Shown here: one piece after another, positions 1-8,494 of the stretch
Layout: the number at the start of each line of letters is the position of its first letter
How positions within the stretch are numbered: position 1 is the stretch's first letter
Source: Oscillospiraceae bacterium
GTDB lineage: Bacteria > Bacillota > Clostridia > Oscillospirales > SIG627
DNA length: 64,000 nt
Reading direction: 5' to 3'
Assembly (NCBI GenBank): GCA_015065085.1
Contig: SVQW01000005.1
Coordinates: 66,936 to 130,935, forward strand
Program-made: the position numbers and the translations under genes
The notes under the pieces: model-generated
What the model was told of the DNA's origin: nothing
The model's database searches: none
Seen by the model: only the letters and a program-made list of their open reading frames with translations

Positions 1-95
1 ATGCATTCAAGCTCGTCCAAAAGCGCCAGCGCTTCGTCGGCGGTTTTACAGCCGTCGTCTACACAGGGCAAAAGATGAGTGTGCAGGTTTAACAT
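1..95 (-). CDS. N-terminal fragment of a PHP-family tyrosine-protein phosphatase (CpsB/YwqE-like); the gene runs off the left edge
   Basis: Not in the ORF track because it is open at the window edge. The minus-strand ATG at 95 translates to MLNLHTHLLPCVDDGCKTADEALALLDELEC. The HxH..P.VDDG start is typical of CpsB/YwqE, and the gene lies downstream of the Wzz/BY-kinase pair. Confidence 0.5.
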   Translation of the reverse strand, partial: MLNLHTHLLPCVDDGCKTADEALALLDELEC

Positions 96-124
96 ACATG
101 TAAAGTCCCTTCGGTTTAGTTTGA

Positions 125-188
125 CAATTCGCAATGTGCAATGCGCTTCGCGATGCAATTCGCAATGCGCAATTCGCAATTCGCAATT
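125..188. repeat. Array of degenerate CAATTCG/CAATGCG short repeats (member of the CGCAATT intergenic repeat family)
   Basis: The sequence reads caattcgcaatgtgcaatgcgcttcgcgatgcaattcgcaatgcgcaattcgcaattcgcaatt. The same motif recurs at 6897, 7497, 38801, 38998, 40597, 40778, 47629 and 9698. Confidence 0.85.
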
Positions 189-292
189 GAGGAAGATTTT
201 GCTACGCAAAATCATTTGTTATAACGCTTCGCGTGCATGATGTACGTATTACGGTCGGTACGCGGATTGGTTCGCCTCTCACGCCCGCAGGC

Positions 293-389
293 ATATCACT
301 TGCGAAGCAAATATCACGCACCGAAGGTGCATATAACTCGCCGTAAGCCGAATAAAACCGGCGTTGTATCCGTGAGGAAACAACGCCTG
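293..389. repeat. ATATCAC-punctuated mini-hairpin array, ending in a terminator-like hairpin just after the BY-kinase stop
   Basis: The layout is atatcac-ttgcGAAgcaa-atatcac-gcaccGAAggtgc-atataac-tcgccGTAAgccga-ataaaac-cggcgttg..caacgcc. A homologous string lies on the minus strand near 9760-9830. Confidence 0.7.
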
Positions 390-400
390 TGCGCTCTTTT

Positions 401-1171
401 TTATTTATAATACTTTCCGTATCTGCCGTATTTGTTCTTGGTAAAGCGGTCGTCCTCAACATCGTTGAAAACAAAGCCGAGGATTTTTCCGCCGATAAAC
501 TCGATGCTCTGCTTAGCACGGGATATTTCGGGGTAGGTGGAATAGTTCTGACGAACCACCAGCACCACGCCGTCCGACATTCTTATAATGGGGAGCACGT
601 CGGCAACAACGTTGATGGGGGGAGTGTCAAACAGAATGTAATCGTACTTTTCTTCCAGCGATTCAATAAACTTTGCGGTTGCTTCGCACGCCAGAAGCTC
701 ACCGGGGTTGGGAACCGAAATTCCCGCACACAGCACGTCCAGATTGGGGAACGCGGTGTCGTTGACGGCTTCCTCCAGTGTCGAAAGACCTGTAAGTACA
801 TTGGTAAATCCGGGGGTGTTGGAAAAGCCCATTGAGCTGTAAATGCTGGGCTTACGAAGGTCAGCGTCAATAAGCAGAACCTTTTTGTCGGTCTGCGCAA
901 GAGAAGTGGCAAGGTTAGCCGAGGTGGTGGACTTGCCTTCGCCCAGAACGGCGCTGGAAATGACGATTTTGTGGCATCCGCCCTGAGGGAGCGAGAGAAT
1001 GAGATTTGTTCTTATAGCCTTGTAGGACTCCTTGATGAGAGCCAGCTTATCCTTGTCAACCGCGGTAATGTTTTTGGAATTCTTGTTGCTTGCAACGGCT
1101 TCCTTTTCCACTGCGGCATTCATTGTGCGGGTGAGAGTATCGTCTATATTAGCCTTGTCCTTATTGTTCAT
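401..1171 (-). CDS. Tyrosine-protein kinase, BY-kinase catalytic subunit (CpsD/YwqD-like)
   Basis: P-loop GEGKSTTSANLA, Walker A'-like LLIDADLRKPS and a C-terminal Tyr cluster KNKYGRYGKYYK. A 4-nt overlap couples it to the upstream Wzz gene. Confidence 0.85.
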   Translation of the reverse strand: MNNKDKANIDDTLTRTMNAAVEKEAVASNKNSKNITAVDKDKLALIKESYKAIRTNLILSLPQGGCHKIVISSAVLGEGKSTTSANLATSLAQTDKKVLLIDADLRKPSIYSSMGFSNTPGFTNVLTGLSTLEEAVNDTAFPNLDVLCAGISVPNPGELLACEATAKFIESLEEKYDYILFDTPPINVVADVLPIIRMSDGVVLVVRQNYSTYPEISRAKQSIEFIGGKILGFVFNDVEDDRFTKNKYGRYGKYYK

Positions 1172-1968
1172 TTCTTAACTGCCTCCTTGCCTTTTTTGGT
1201 TGTAGCCTTGAAGGTGGCTATCATTCCCAGAACGGGAATATTTTCAAACTTTTCGGTAAGCTCATTAAGTGTTCTTACGCGGTTGTCAAGCAGGTCTATA
1301 ACGAGAAATACCAGGAATGAAGCGAAGAAGCCGATAAACAGACCCGTAATGGTGTTCATGAAAACATCGGGGCCGGAAAGCACGCCGGGCAGGGGAGTTT
1401 CGTAGCAGCGAACGGTGTCCGCAACAGCGGTTTCGCCCGCAAGGGAGTTATCCGACAGCGCCATCTGGGTCAGACGGACATTGGCGGTTTTTTCGATAGC
1501 GTCCGCAATCATTTTACTCTCGCCCGAGGAGTTGGTGGTAACGGTAACGGTGAAAAGCTCGGTGTTTTCCAGTATGTTAAATCTTACCGAGTTTTTAATC
1601 TGCGCCGCAGTTTTCTTTGAGCGTATCACATCATCGGCGTATTCGGGATAATTCACCGCAAATTCATCGATATCGCTGTTAAGCTGGGAAGCAACCATGT
1701 TGTAATAATCCAGTGTATCCAGCATAGCTATCTTTGAGTGGATTATCTCACGTGTATACGCAAGGTTGGAGTTAAGGTAAGAGGGGTTGGAAACGTTGGT
1801 TTCCGACGCGGTGGATATTACCGTAAAACCGATACGCGAAACATATGTTTTCGGCATGGTATACTTTGTTATCATAAATGCCGCTATGGAGCACAGCACC
1901 GATGCAACAGCAATTATAATAATGTTCTTCCATACTATTTTAAAAAGTTTTTCCAATGATATTTCCAT
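1168..1968 (-). CDS. Wzz/CpsC-type polysaccharide co-polymerase (BY-kinase transmembrane modulator)
   Basis: N- and C-terminal transmembrane helices flank a soluble domain. It sits immediately 5' of the BY-kinase and is translationally coupled to it. Confidence 0.75.
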   Translation of the reverse strand: MEISLEKLFKIVWKNIIIIAVASVLCSIAAFMITKYTMPKTYVSRIGFTVISTASETNVSNPSYLNSNLAYTREIIHSKIAMLDTLDYYNMVASQLNSDIDEFAVNYPEYADDVIRSKKTAAQIKNSVRFNILENTELFTVTVTTNSSGESKMIADAIEKTANVRLTQMALSDNSLAGETAVADTVRCYETPLPGVLSGPDVFMNTITGLFIGFFASFLVFLVIDLLDNRVRTLNELTEKFENIPVLGMIATFKATTKKGKEAVKK

Positions 1969-2053
1969 GGAATACCTCCAATGTACAACTGAGTGTGTGT
2001 TTTGCTTTTATACCTTAACAGTATATCACAATTTTTTGCAAAAATCAATAGAA

Positions 2054-3931
2054 TTATTTAATATTGTTTATTTTGTCCAGCCACAATTTGCCTACGGCAT
2101 CGGAAGGCATCCTCCATGCTCCGCGGGGGCTGAAGCTGACGGGTGTCACCTGCACACCGTCGGGCAGACAGCTTCTTTTGTACTGCTGTGCGAAAAAGCG
2201 GCGGTACAGTGTTTTCATGCAGGTGAGAATTTCCTCTTTTCCGTACATTCCCTCAAAGGCATTGAGGGCAAGACGGTATATTTTTGAGGGCGTAAAGCCG
2301 TAGGTGTACATGTAATAGATAAAGAAATCGTGAAGCTCGTAAGCACCCACAATCTCCTCGGTTTTCTGGGAAATATCTCCGTTTTCGGGAGGAAGAAGCT
2401 CGGGGCTGACGGGGGTGTTTACTATATCGTGCAGGATTTTGCCCGTTTCACCGCCCATGGTGTCCGCGATGCTGCGGGTAACGGTGCGGATGAGTGTTTT
2501 TGGGAGAGTTGCATTTACACCGTACATGGACATGTGGTCGCCGTTGTAGGTGGCAAAGCCCAGCGCCAGCTCCGAAAGGTCGCCTGTACCCACCACAATG
2601 CCGTTTTCGGCATTGGCAATGTCCATAAGCACCTGGGTTCTCTCACGCGCCTGGGCATTTTCAAATACCACATTCACGTTTTTGGGGTCGTGTCCGATGT
2701 CGGAAAAATGACCCGTCACCGCGTCTGCAATATTGACGGTACGCAGTGTGACGCCCAATTCCTCGCAAAGCCTGACGGCATTGTTTTTTGTGCGCTGAGA
2801 AGTGCCGAAGCAGGGCATGGTCACGGCAATTACATTTTTGCGGTCCTTGTTCAGCATATCCATGGCACGTACCGTTGCGATAAGAGCCAGTGTGGAGTCC
2901 AGTCCGCCCGAAATGCCGATAACCGCACTTTGCGCATTTATGTGCTCCAGACGGCGCTTGAGACCCGCCGCCTGAATGTCAAGAATTTTATTGCACTGCT
3001 CGCTGTCGGCATAAAAAGGGTCGGCAGGGTAGCGGCGATCAAGCTTTGTCGGGGTAATTTCGGTTCTGAAAAAGAAAATATTGTCGCACAGCTTACCAAA
3101 ATACGGGCTTTTTGTCCGAAGTGCACAGCAGGCTTGAGTATCGCCGTCGCCGTAAAGTATGCCGTCCCGTTCGTAAAGAGGGCTTTCACACAGTATTTCG
3201 CCGTTTTCCGCCATAATCCTGCTTCCCGAATAAACCGCGTCGCCCGAGGATTCGCCCGAGGGGGAGTTGACGTAAACGTAGACGCACTTATACTGCTCCG
3301 AACGGCTTATGCAAAGCTCGCGTCTTTTTTTCTCACTGCCCGTAATTTCGGGAGCAGTGTCGAGATGTATTATAATATTTGCGCCCTCACAGGCAAATTT
3401 TGCCGAAGGGGGACAGGGTGCATGGGCATCACTGCCTATTTCAACGGCAAAGGTGAAATTTTCCAAGCCGTCACAGGCATAAATGTGGTCGCAGGTTACC
3501 ATGGCGCTTGACATTATACCGCCGAACTTTGCCCATATCGCATCCTTTGCTGCGGGCGCGGGCCGGAAAATGCCTTCCGGCATTGTCTGAGCCGAAAGAC
3601 CGCATATTCTGCCTTTGTTTATTACCGCCGCACAGTTGTAAACACCGTTTGCAACGGCAACGGGCACACCCACAATCAGTACCGCGTCGATATTTTCGCT
3701 CTCACCTGCTATTTTCGTAAGGCATTCTGCGGCACTGTCGGTAAGTGCCTTTTGTAAAAACAGGTCACCTAAGGTGTATCCCGTCAGACAAAGCTGAGGG
3801 AAAACAATAAGCTTTGCACCGTTTTTTGCCGCTTTGCGGGCATTTTTTATTATGCTTTCGGTATTTTTTTCGCAATCGGCAGGTGTTATATCGGGGCTTA
3901 CAGCCGCGATTTTAATAAATCCGTCCTTCAT
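2054..3931 (-). CDS. nadE: Glutamine-dependent NAD+ synthetase
   Basis: 625 aa with an N-terminal CN-hydrolase (glutaminase) half and a C-terminal NAD synthetase half carrying the PP-loop AVIGISGGLDSTL. Confidence 0.9.
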   Translation of the reverse strand: MKDGFIKIAAVSPDITPADCEKNTESIIKNARKAAKNGAKLIVFPQLCLTGYTLGDLFLQKALTDSAAECLTKIAGESENIDAVLIVGVPVAVANGVYNCAAVINKGRICGLSAQTMPEGIFRPAPAAKDAIWAKFGGIMSSAMVTCDHIYACDGLENFTFAVEIGSDAHAPCPPSAKFACEGANIIIHLDTAPEITGSEKKRRELCISRSEQYKCVYVYVNSPSGESSGDAVYSGSRIMAENGEILCESPLYERDGILYGDGDTQACCALRTKSPYFGKLCDNIFFFRTEITPTKLDRRYPADPFYADSEQCNKILDIQAAGLKRRLEHINAQSAVIGISGGLDSTLALIATVRAMDMLNKDRKNVIAVTMPCFGTSQRTKNNAVRLCEELGVTLRTVNIADAVTGHFSDIGHDPKNVNVVFENAQARERTQVLMDIANAENGIVVGTGDLSELALGFATYNGDHMSMYGVNATLPKTLIRTVTRSIADTMGGETGKILHDIVNTPVSPELLPPENGDISQKTEEIVGAYELHDFFIYYMYTYGFTPSKIYRLALNAFEGMYGKEEILTCMKTLYRRFFAQQYKRSCLPDGVQVTPVSFSPRGAWRMPSDAVGKLWLDKINNIK

Positions 3932-3944
3932 GGGAGCACTTCCT

Positions 3945-4586
3945 TTATCTGGTAAGTTTGTAGCACAGCTTCATAAGGCTGTCGCCCATGTGCATATTCT
4001 CAATCTGCACGTCGTAATCCGGCAATTTAAGCTCCATATTGGAAAAATTCCAGAAGCCCTTTACACCCAGCTTTGCCAGCTTTTCGCACATAAGGGGGGT
4101 CTCGGTTTTGGGCACGGTCATCACGGCGATATCTACCGTGTTCTGAGCACAAAATACCTCCAGCTCGTCGATGTGGCAAATGTTAAGACCGTTGACTGTC
4201 TGACCGATAATGTCTTCTTTTTTGTCAAAAAGACCGATGAGATTGACACCGCGGTTCTTGAAAAGGGGGTGAGTGGCAAGTGCGTGGCCTAAGTTACCCG
4301 TTCCCACAATTATTGCATTGTAGCTTTGGCTGACACCCAGAATATCGCCTATCGCCTCGTAGAGCAAACGCACATTGTAGCCGTAGCCCTGCTGACCGAA
4401 GCCACCGAAGCAGTTTAAATCCTGGCGTATCTGAGAGGCGGTGAGGGACATACGCTTTGCCAGCTCTCCCGAAGAAATTCGGGTGATATCGCTTTTTATC
4501 AGCTCACCCAGATATCTGTGATACCTGGGCAGACGGTTTATGACCGCCTTGGAAATGGACTTTTCGGGAATTGTTCCGCTTTTCAT
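3945..4586 (-). CDS. rex: Redox-sensing transcriptional repressor Rex
   Basis: RLPRYHRYL winged-helix motif plus a GTGNLGHAL Rossmann motif. The 213-aa size is typical. Confidence 0.9.
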   Translation of the reverse strand: MKSGTIPEKSISKAVINRLPRYHRYLGELIKSDITRISSGELAKRMSLTASQIRQDLNCFGGFGQQGYGYNVRLLYEAIGDILGVSQSYNAIIVGTGNLGHALATHPLFKNRGVNLIGLFDKKEDIIGQTVNGLNICHIDELEVFCAQNTVDIAVMTVPKTETPLMCEKLAKLGVKGFWNFSNMELKLPDYDVQIENMHMGDSLMKLCYKLTR

Positions 4587-4599
4587 TTTATCCTCATTT

Positions 4600-5775
4600 T
4601 CAAAGCTTTTCTATGGTTTCCATAACGTAGTCCGCAAACTGCTGTGCGGTAGCACCGTTGTCGCGTCCTGTCATGGTGAGCTTCTTTTCTTCAAACATAC
4701 AAATATCCAGTGCACGAGCCAGCTTGTCGGATTTTTCCTGATATCCGATATGGCTGAGCAGCAAAACTACCGCTCTCAGCATGGAGCAGGGGTCGGCGTA
4801 CTGAGCGCGTCCCTCTTTTACCATTCTGGGCGCAGAGCCGTGGATAGCCTCGAACATTGCATATTTCTTGCCGATGTTTGCGCTTCCCGCAGTACCTACA
4901 CCGCCCTGGAATTCAGCCGCCTCGTCGGTGATGATGTCGCCGTAAAGGTTGGGCAGAACCACTACCTGAAAATCGGTGCGGCGCTTTTCATCAACCAGCT
5001 TTGCGGTCATGATATCTATGTACCACTCGGTTGTGCGGATTTCGGGGTATTCGGCGGCAACCTTCTGGCAGAGGTTGAGGAATTTGCCGTCGGTGGTCTT
5101 TATAACGTTAGCCTTGGTAACGATGGAAACGTGGTTTTTGCCGTTCTTTTTTGCGTAGTCGTAAGCAAGACGGGCGATACGGTCGGTACCCTCGGTGGTG
5201 GTGACAACAAAGTCCACCGCAAGGTCGTCGTTTACGTGAACGCCCTGGCTTCCCACTGCGTAAGCACCCTCGGTGTTTTCGCGGAAGAAGGTCCAGTCAA
5301 TACCCTGGTCGGGTACCTTTACGGGGCGTACGTTGGCAAAAAGGTCCAGCTTTTTGCGCATTGCAACGTTTGCACTTTCAATGTTGGGCCAGCCGTCGCC
5401 TGCCTGGGGAGTGGTGGTGGGTCCCTTGAGGATTACGTGGCACTTGTAAAGCTCTTCCATAACATCGTCGGGAATAGCCTTGCCGCAGGCAGCACGGTTT
5501 TCGATGGTAAGGCCGTCGATAACCTTGAATTCAACCTTGCCCCTGAGCTGTTCATCTTTCAAGAGATATTCCATTATTCTCTGTGCCTGGGCGGAAATAA
5601 CAGGTCCTATTCCGTCGCCGCCGCAGATGCCGATAACGATTTTGTCCAGCTTTTCGTAATTTATAAACTCCGAATCCTTTTTGATGTTTTCCGCACGGTC
5701 AAGCTGTGCGCTTACGAGAGCCTTGAATTTTTCAACCGCCGCTTCAATTGCGGCATTTTTTACTTCGGGGGTCAT
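4600..5775 (-). CDS. Isocitrate/isopropylmalate dehydrogenase family protein (probably isocitrate dehydrogenase)
   Basis: GGDGIGPV, ILKGPTTTP, FRENTEG and NLYGDIITDEAA..GG.G.A.SANIG are signatures of beta-decarboxylating dehydrogenases. Confidence 0.8.
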   Translation of the reverse strand: MTPEVKNAAIEAAVEKFKALVSAQLDRAENIKKDSEFINYEKLDKIVIGICGGDGIGPVISAQAQRIMEYLLKDEQLRGKVEFKVIDGLTIENRAACGKAIPDDVMEELYKCHVILKGPTTTPQAGDGWPNIESANVAMRKKLDLFANVRPVKVPDQGIDWTFFRENTEGAYAVGSQGVHVNDDLAVDFVVTTTEGTDRIARLAYDYAKKNGKNHVSIVTKANVIKTTDGKFLNLCQKVAAEYPEIRTTEWYIDIMTAKLVDEKRRTDFQVVVLPNLYGDIITDEAAEFQGGVGTAGSANIGKKYAMFEAIHGSAPRMVKEGRAQYADPCSMLRAVVLLLSHIGYQEKSDKLARALDICMFEEKKLTMTGRDNGATAQQFADYVMETIEKL

Positions 5776-5951
5776 GATGTATCTCCTTTAATGTGTTAAA
5801 TTTAATACGTATCTCATAATTTCGCAGAAATACAAATTAGTACATCTTATATTATACATCAAAGCAGTGCCCGTATAAATGTACAAAATGAAAAATAAAT
5901 CTATATAATATTGTTAAATTTGGTATTATTCATATTTTTTCAATTTATTTC

Positions 5952-5980
5952 TTGATTTATCACGTTTTTTTTGGTATAAT
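5952..5980 (+). promoter_or_regulatory. Sigma-A-type promoter upstream of galU
   Basis: TTGATT (5952-5957), a 17-nt spacer, then TATAAT (5975-5980). Confidence 0.6.
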
Positions 5981-6023
5981 ATAACTTCAATAATACATAT
6001 TTACACAAAAAGGTGGTATTTCT

Positions 6024-6896
6024 ATGAAAAAAATAACAAAAGCCGTAATTCCCGCAGCAGGTCTGGGAACCCGTATGCTTCCCGCGGCGGCAGGTGTACC
6101 CAAGGAAATTATGCCCATCGTGGATAAGCCCTCCATTCAGTACCTTGTTGAGGAGGCGGTTGCCGCAGGCATTACCGATATTCTTATAATCACCAACCGC
6201 GGAAAGGAAGCCATCGAAAACTATTTCGACTACTCCGTTGAATACGAAAGTAAATTAAAGTCATCCGGTAAACTGGAAATGCTGGAAAAACAGCGTACCG
6301 TTGCCGACCTCGCAAACATATACTTTATCCGCCAGAAGGAGCCCAAGGGTCTGGGTCATGCCGTACTGCGTGCCAAGTCCTTTGTGGGCGATGAGCCTTT
6401 TATGGTGCTTTACGGCGACGACGTTATAGATGCACCCGTTTCCACTACCAAAAAAATGGTGGATATTTATGATAAGTACGGCATGTCCGTTGTGGGTGTG
6501 CAGTCGGTTACCGATGAGCAGATTGTTAAATATTGCTCTCTTAAGGTGGATAAGTGCGAGGACAGAATTTATAAGGTGTCCGATATGATTGAAAAGCCCC
6601 CGATTGAAAAGAAGTTCTCCAATCTTTCCATTCTGGGCAGAGCACTGCTTACCCCCGATATTTTTGAAATTCTTGAAAATACCGCTCCCGGTGCGGGTAA
6701 TGAGCTTCAGCTTACCGACGCAATGGCAACCCAGGCGCGCAACGGCAGGGTAATGGCTTACGAATTTGAAGGCTTCCGCCACGATATGGGCAGTAAGCTG
6801 GGCTTTTTGATGGCAAATGTCATGCTGGGTGTTAAGAATGACGAGCTGGGCGAGGACTTTAAGGCATTTTTGAAAGAATTTACAAAAACGCTTTAA
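6024..6896 (+). CDS. galU: UTP--glucose-1-phosphate uridylyltransferase
   Basis: KAVIPAAGLGTRMLPAAAGVPKEIMPIVDKP N-terminal signature. The 290-aa length is typical. Confidence 0.9.
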   Translation: MKKITKAVIPAAGLGTRMLPAAAGVPKEIMPIVDKPSIQYLVEEAVAAGITDILIITNRGKEAIENYFDYSVEYESKLKSSGKLEMLEKQRTVADLANIYFIRQKEPKGLGHAVLRAKSFVGDEPFMVLYGDDVIDAPVSTTKKMVDIYDKYGMSVVGVQSVTDEQIVKYCSLKVDKCEDRIYKVSDMIEKPPIEKKFSNLSILGRALLTPDIFEILENTAPGAGNELQLTDAMATQARNGRVMAYEFEGFRHDMGSKLGFLMANVMLGVKNDELGEDFKAFLKEFTKTL

Positions 6897-6971
6897 CAAT
6901 TATCAATTCGCATTGCGCTTCGCTCAATTCGCAAATTGCGAATTTGAAAAGGCGCACCGCGCCTTGAAAGG
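6897..6971. repeat. CGCAATT-family repeat plus GC hairpin in the galU/deaminase spacer
   Basis: caattatcaattcgcattgcgcttcgctcaattcgcaaattgcgaatt is followed by the hairpin aaggcgc-accgc-gccttg. Confidence 0.75.
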
Positions 6972-6980
6972 AACAAGTTT

Positions 6981-7472
6981 ATGAACCAACGAGTTACAAA
7001 AGAAAACTACTATCTCGATATTGCACAGACGGTTGCCCAGAGAGGCACTTGTTTGCGCAGAAAATACGGTGCTGTCATTGTCAGGAACGACTCCATTGTT
7101 TCCACCGGCTACGCAGGTGCTCCCAGAGGCAGAAAAAACTGCTGTGATCTGGGCTACTGTATGCGCGTGAAAATGAATATTCCCCGCGGACAGCGCTATG
7201 AGCTGTGCCGTTCGGTTCATGCGGAGGCTAACGCTATCATTGCCGCGCCCCGTGAGCAGATGCTGGGTGCTACACTGTATCTGGCAGGTATCGATTCCGC
7301 AACGGGCGAGCTTGTGCCGGACGGCGACTGCTGTCAGATGTGCAAGCGCATGGTCATAAACGCAGGCATTGAGCGCGTTATCATACGCAACACCCCCGAA
7401 AAATACACTGTAATTGACGTCGAAAGCTGGATTGACAACGACGACAGCCTTAACGGAACAATAGGATATTGA
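6981..7472 (+). CDS. Deoxycytidylate (dCMP) deaminase, ComEB-type
   Basis: HAEANAI zinc/catalytic motif and CCQMCKRMVINAGI second zinc motif; 163 aa. Confidence 0.85.
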   Translation: MNQRVTKENYYLDIAQTVAQRGTCLRRKYGAVIVRNDSIVSTGYAGAPRGRKNCCDLGYCMRVKMNIPRGQRYELCRSVHAEANAIIAAPREQMLGATLYLAGIDSATGELVPDGDCCQMCKRMVINAGIERVIIRNTPEKYTVIDVESWIDNDDSLNGTIGY

Positions 7473-7496
7473 TAAACGGCGTGCCGTTTATCAATA

Positions 7497-7596
7497 TCAA
7501 TTAGCAATTCGCAATTATCAATTCGCAATTTCGGAAGAAAACCGCTTGGCGGTTTTCAACATTAATTGCGCATTGCGAATTGCGCATTTCGAATTA
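7497..7596. repeat. Archetypal composite palindromic intergenic element: CAATTCG arm, central hairpin, AATTGCG arm
   Basis: The left arm is tcaattagcaattcgcaattatcaattcgcaattt. The central hairpin is gaaaaccgc-ttg-gcggttttc. The right arm is the inverted ttaattgcgcattgcgaattgcgcatttcgaatt. Confidence 0.85.
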
Positions 7597-7612
7597 AATT
7601 AAAGGTGGTATT

Positions 7613-8494
7613 ATGCAGAAAGTACTGTTTGTATGTACCGGCAACACCTGCCGAAGCCCTATGGCGCAGGCGTGTGCCAACATATTTTTTGAGAATAATG
7701 ACATAGATGCAAAGGCATATTCCTGCGGTCTTGCCGCGGGTGTCAACGATGAGGCTTCCCCCAACGCGGTTCAGGCGGTAAAGGAGCGCTACGGCATTGA
7801 TTTTTCCCACCGCGCCGTACAGATAAACGAACAGCTTATTACCGACAGTGATGTTATTGTGGGCATGAGCCGTCATCATGCCGAAACGGTTTTTCAGCTT
7901 TACCCCCATCTTTTAAAGGGTAAAATCCTCATTTCTATGCCACGCGACATTCCCGACCCCTACGGTCAGGACATTGAAATTTACCGTAAGGCACTGGATG
8001 TCATTCATGAGGGCATACATCAGCTTTTCAATCCTCCCGAAGAGCCGGAAATGTCGGATTTCACGGTAGAGCTTTTCGAGCCTAAATGGGCAAAGGAGCT
8101 GTTTGAGATAGAAAAGCAGTGCTTTTCCACCCCCTGGTGCGAGGACGAGTTCACAAATCTTGACAAAAACGAGTTCGCCACCGCATTTGTGGCGCTTAAA
8201 GAGGATAAGCCCGTAGGCTTTACGGTAATATACCGCGTTGCCGACGAGGCTCAGATAATGGATATCGCCACCCACCCCGCTCACAGACGCGAGGGCATCG
8301 CCGAGGCACTGATGGATGTGGCAATAGATTACAGCCGTACCGACGGCGCTTCAAAAATGATGCTGGAGGTTCGCCGTTCCAACACCGCCGCACAGAAACT
8401 TTACCAAAAGAAAGGCTTTAAGACCGTAGGCACACGTCGGGACTACTACACCTGTCCCACCGAGGACGCGGTTCTTTACGATTTGGAATTATGA
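7613..8494 (+). CDS. Fusion protein: low-molecular-weight phosphatase (YwlE-like arginine/tyrosine phosphatase) + RimI-type GNAT N-acetyltransferase
   Basis: The N-terminal half carries VCTGNTCRSPMA (CX5R(S) P-loop) and DIPDPYG. The C-terminal half (from about aa 150) has a GNAT core RREGIAEALM..A.KLYQKKGF. It is one uninterrupted ORF, and its ATGA stop/start overlaps tsaD. Confidence 0.8.
   Translation: MQKVLFVCTGNTCRSPMAQACANIFFENNDIDAKAYSCGLAAGVNDEASPNAVQAVKERYGIDFSHRAVQINEQLITDSDVIVGMSRHHAETVFQLYPHLLKGKILISMPRDIPDPYGQDIEIYRKALDVIHEGIHQLFNPPEEPEMSDFTVELFEPKWAKELFEIEKQCFSTPWCEDEFTNLDKNEFATAFVALKEDKPVGFTVIYRVADEAQIMDIATHPAHRREGIAEALMDVAIDYSRTDGASKMMLEVRRSNTAAQKLYQKKGFKTVGTRRDYYTCPTEDAVLYDLEL

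Noticed and set aside
125-188. I asked whether the CGCAATT arrays (here and at 7497, 38801, 39000 and 40597) or the ~69-nt periodicity of the LRR-coding DNA (23462-26160) could be CRISPR arrays.
   Set aside because: The CGCAATT units are 6-12 nt and directly abut each other with no spacers. The LRR periodicity lies inside a continuous ORF and the units are diverged. No cas genes are in the window.
2054-5775. I considered the icd-like / rex / nadE co-orientation as a possible special NAD-redox regulon.
   Set aside because: The linkage is plausible (a NADH sensor next to an NAD synthetase) but unremarkable. I cannot support operon structure or Rex operator sites from sequence alone.
4540-5799. 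419-aa plus-strand ORF opposite the isocitrate dehydrogenase-like gene. There is also a 393-aa ORF at 2330-3511 opposite nadE.
   Set aside because: These are antisense shadows. The minus-strand genes carry clear family motifs and sit in operon context.
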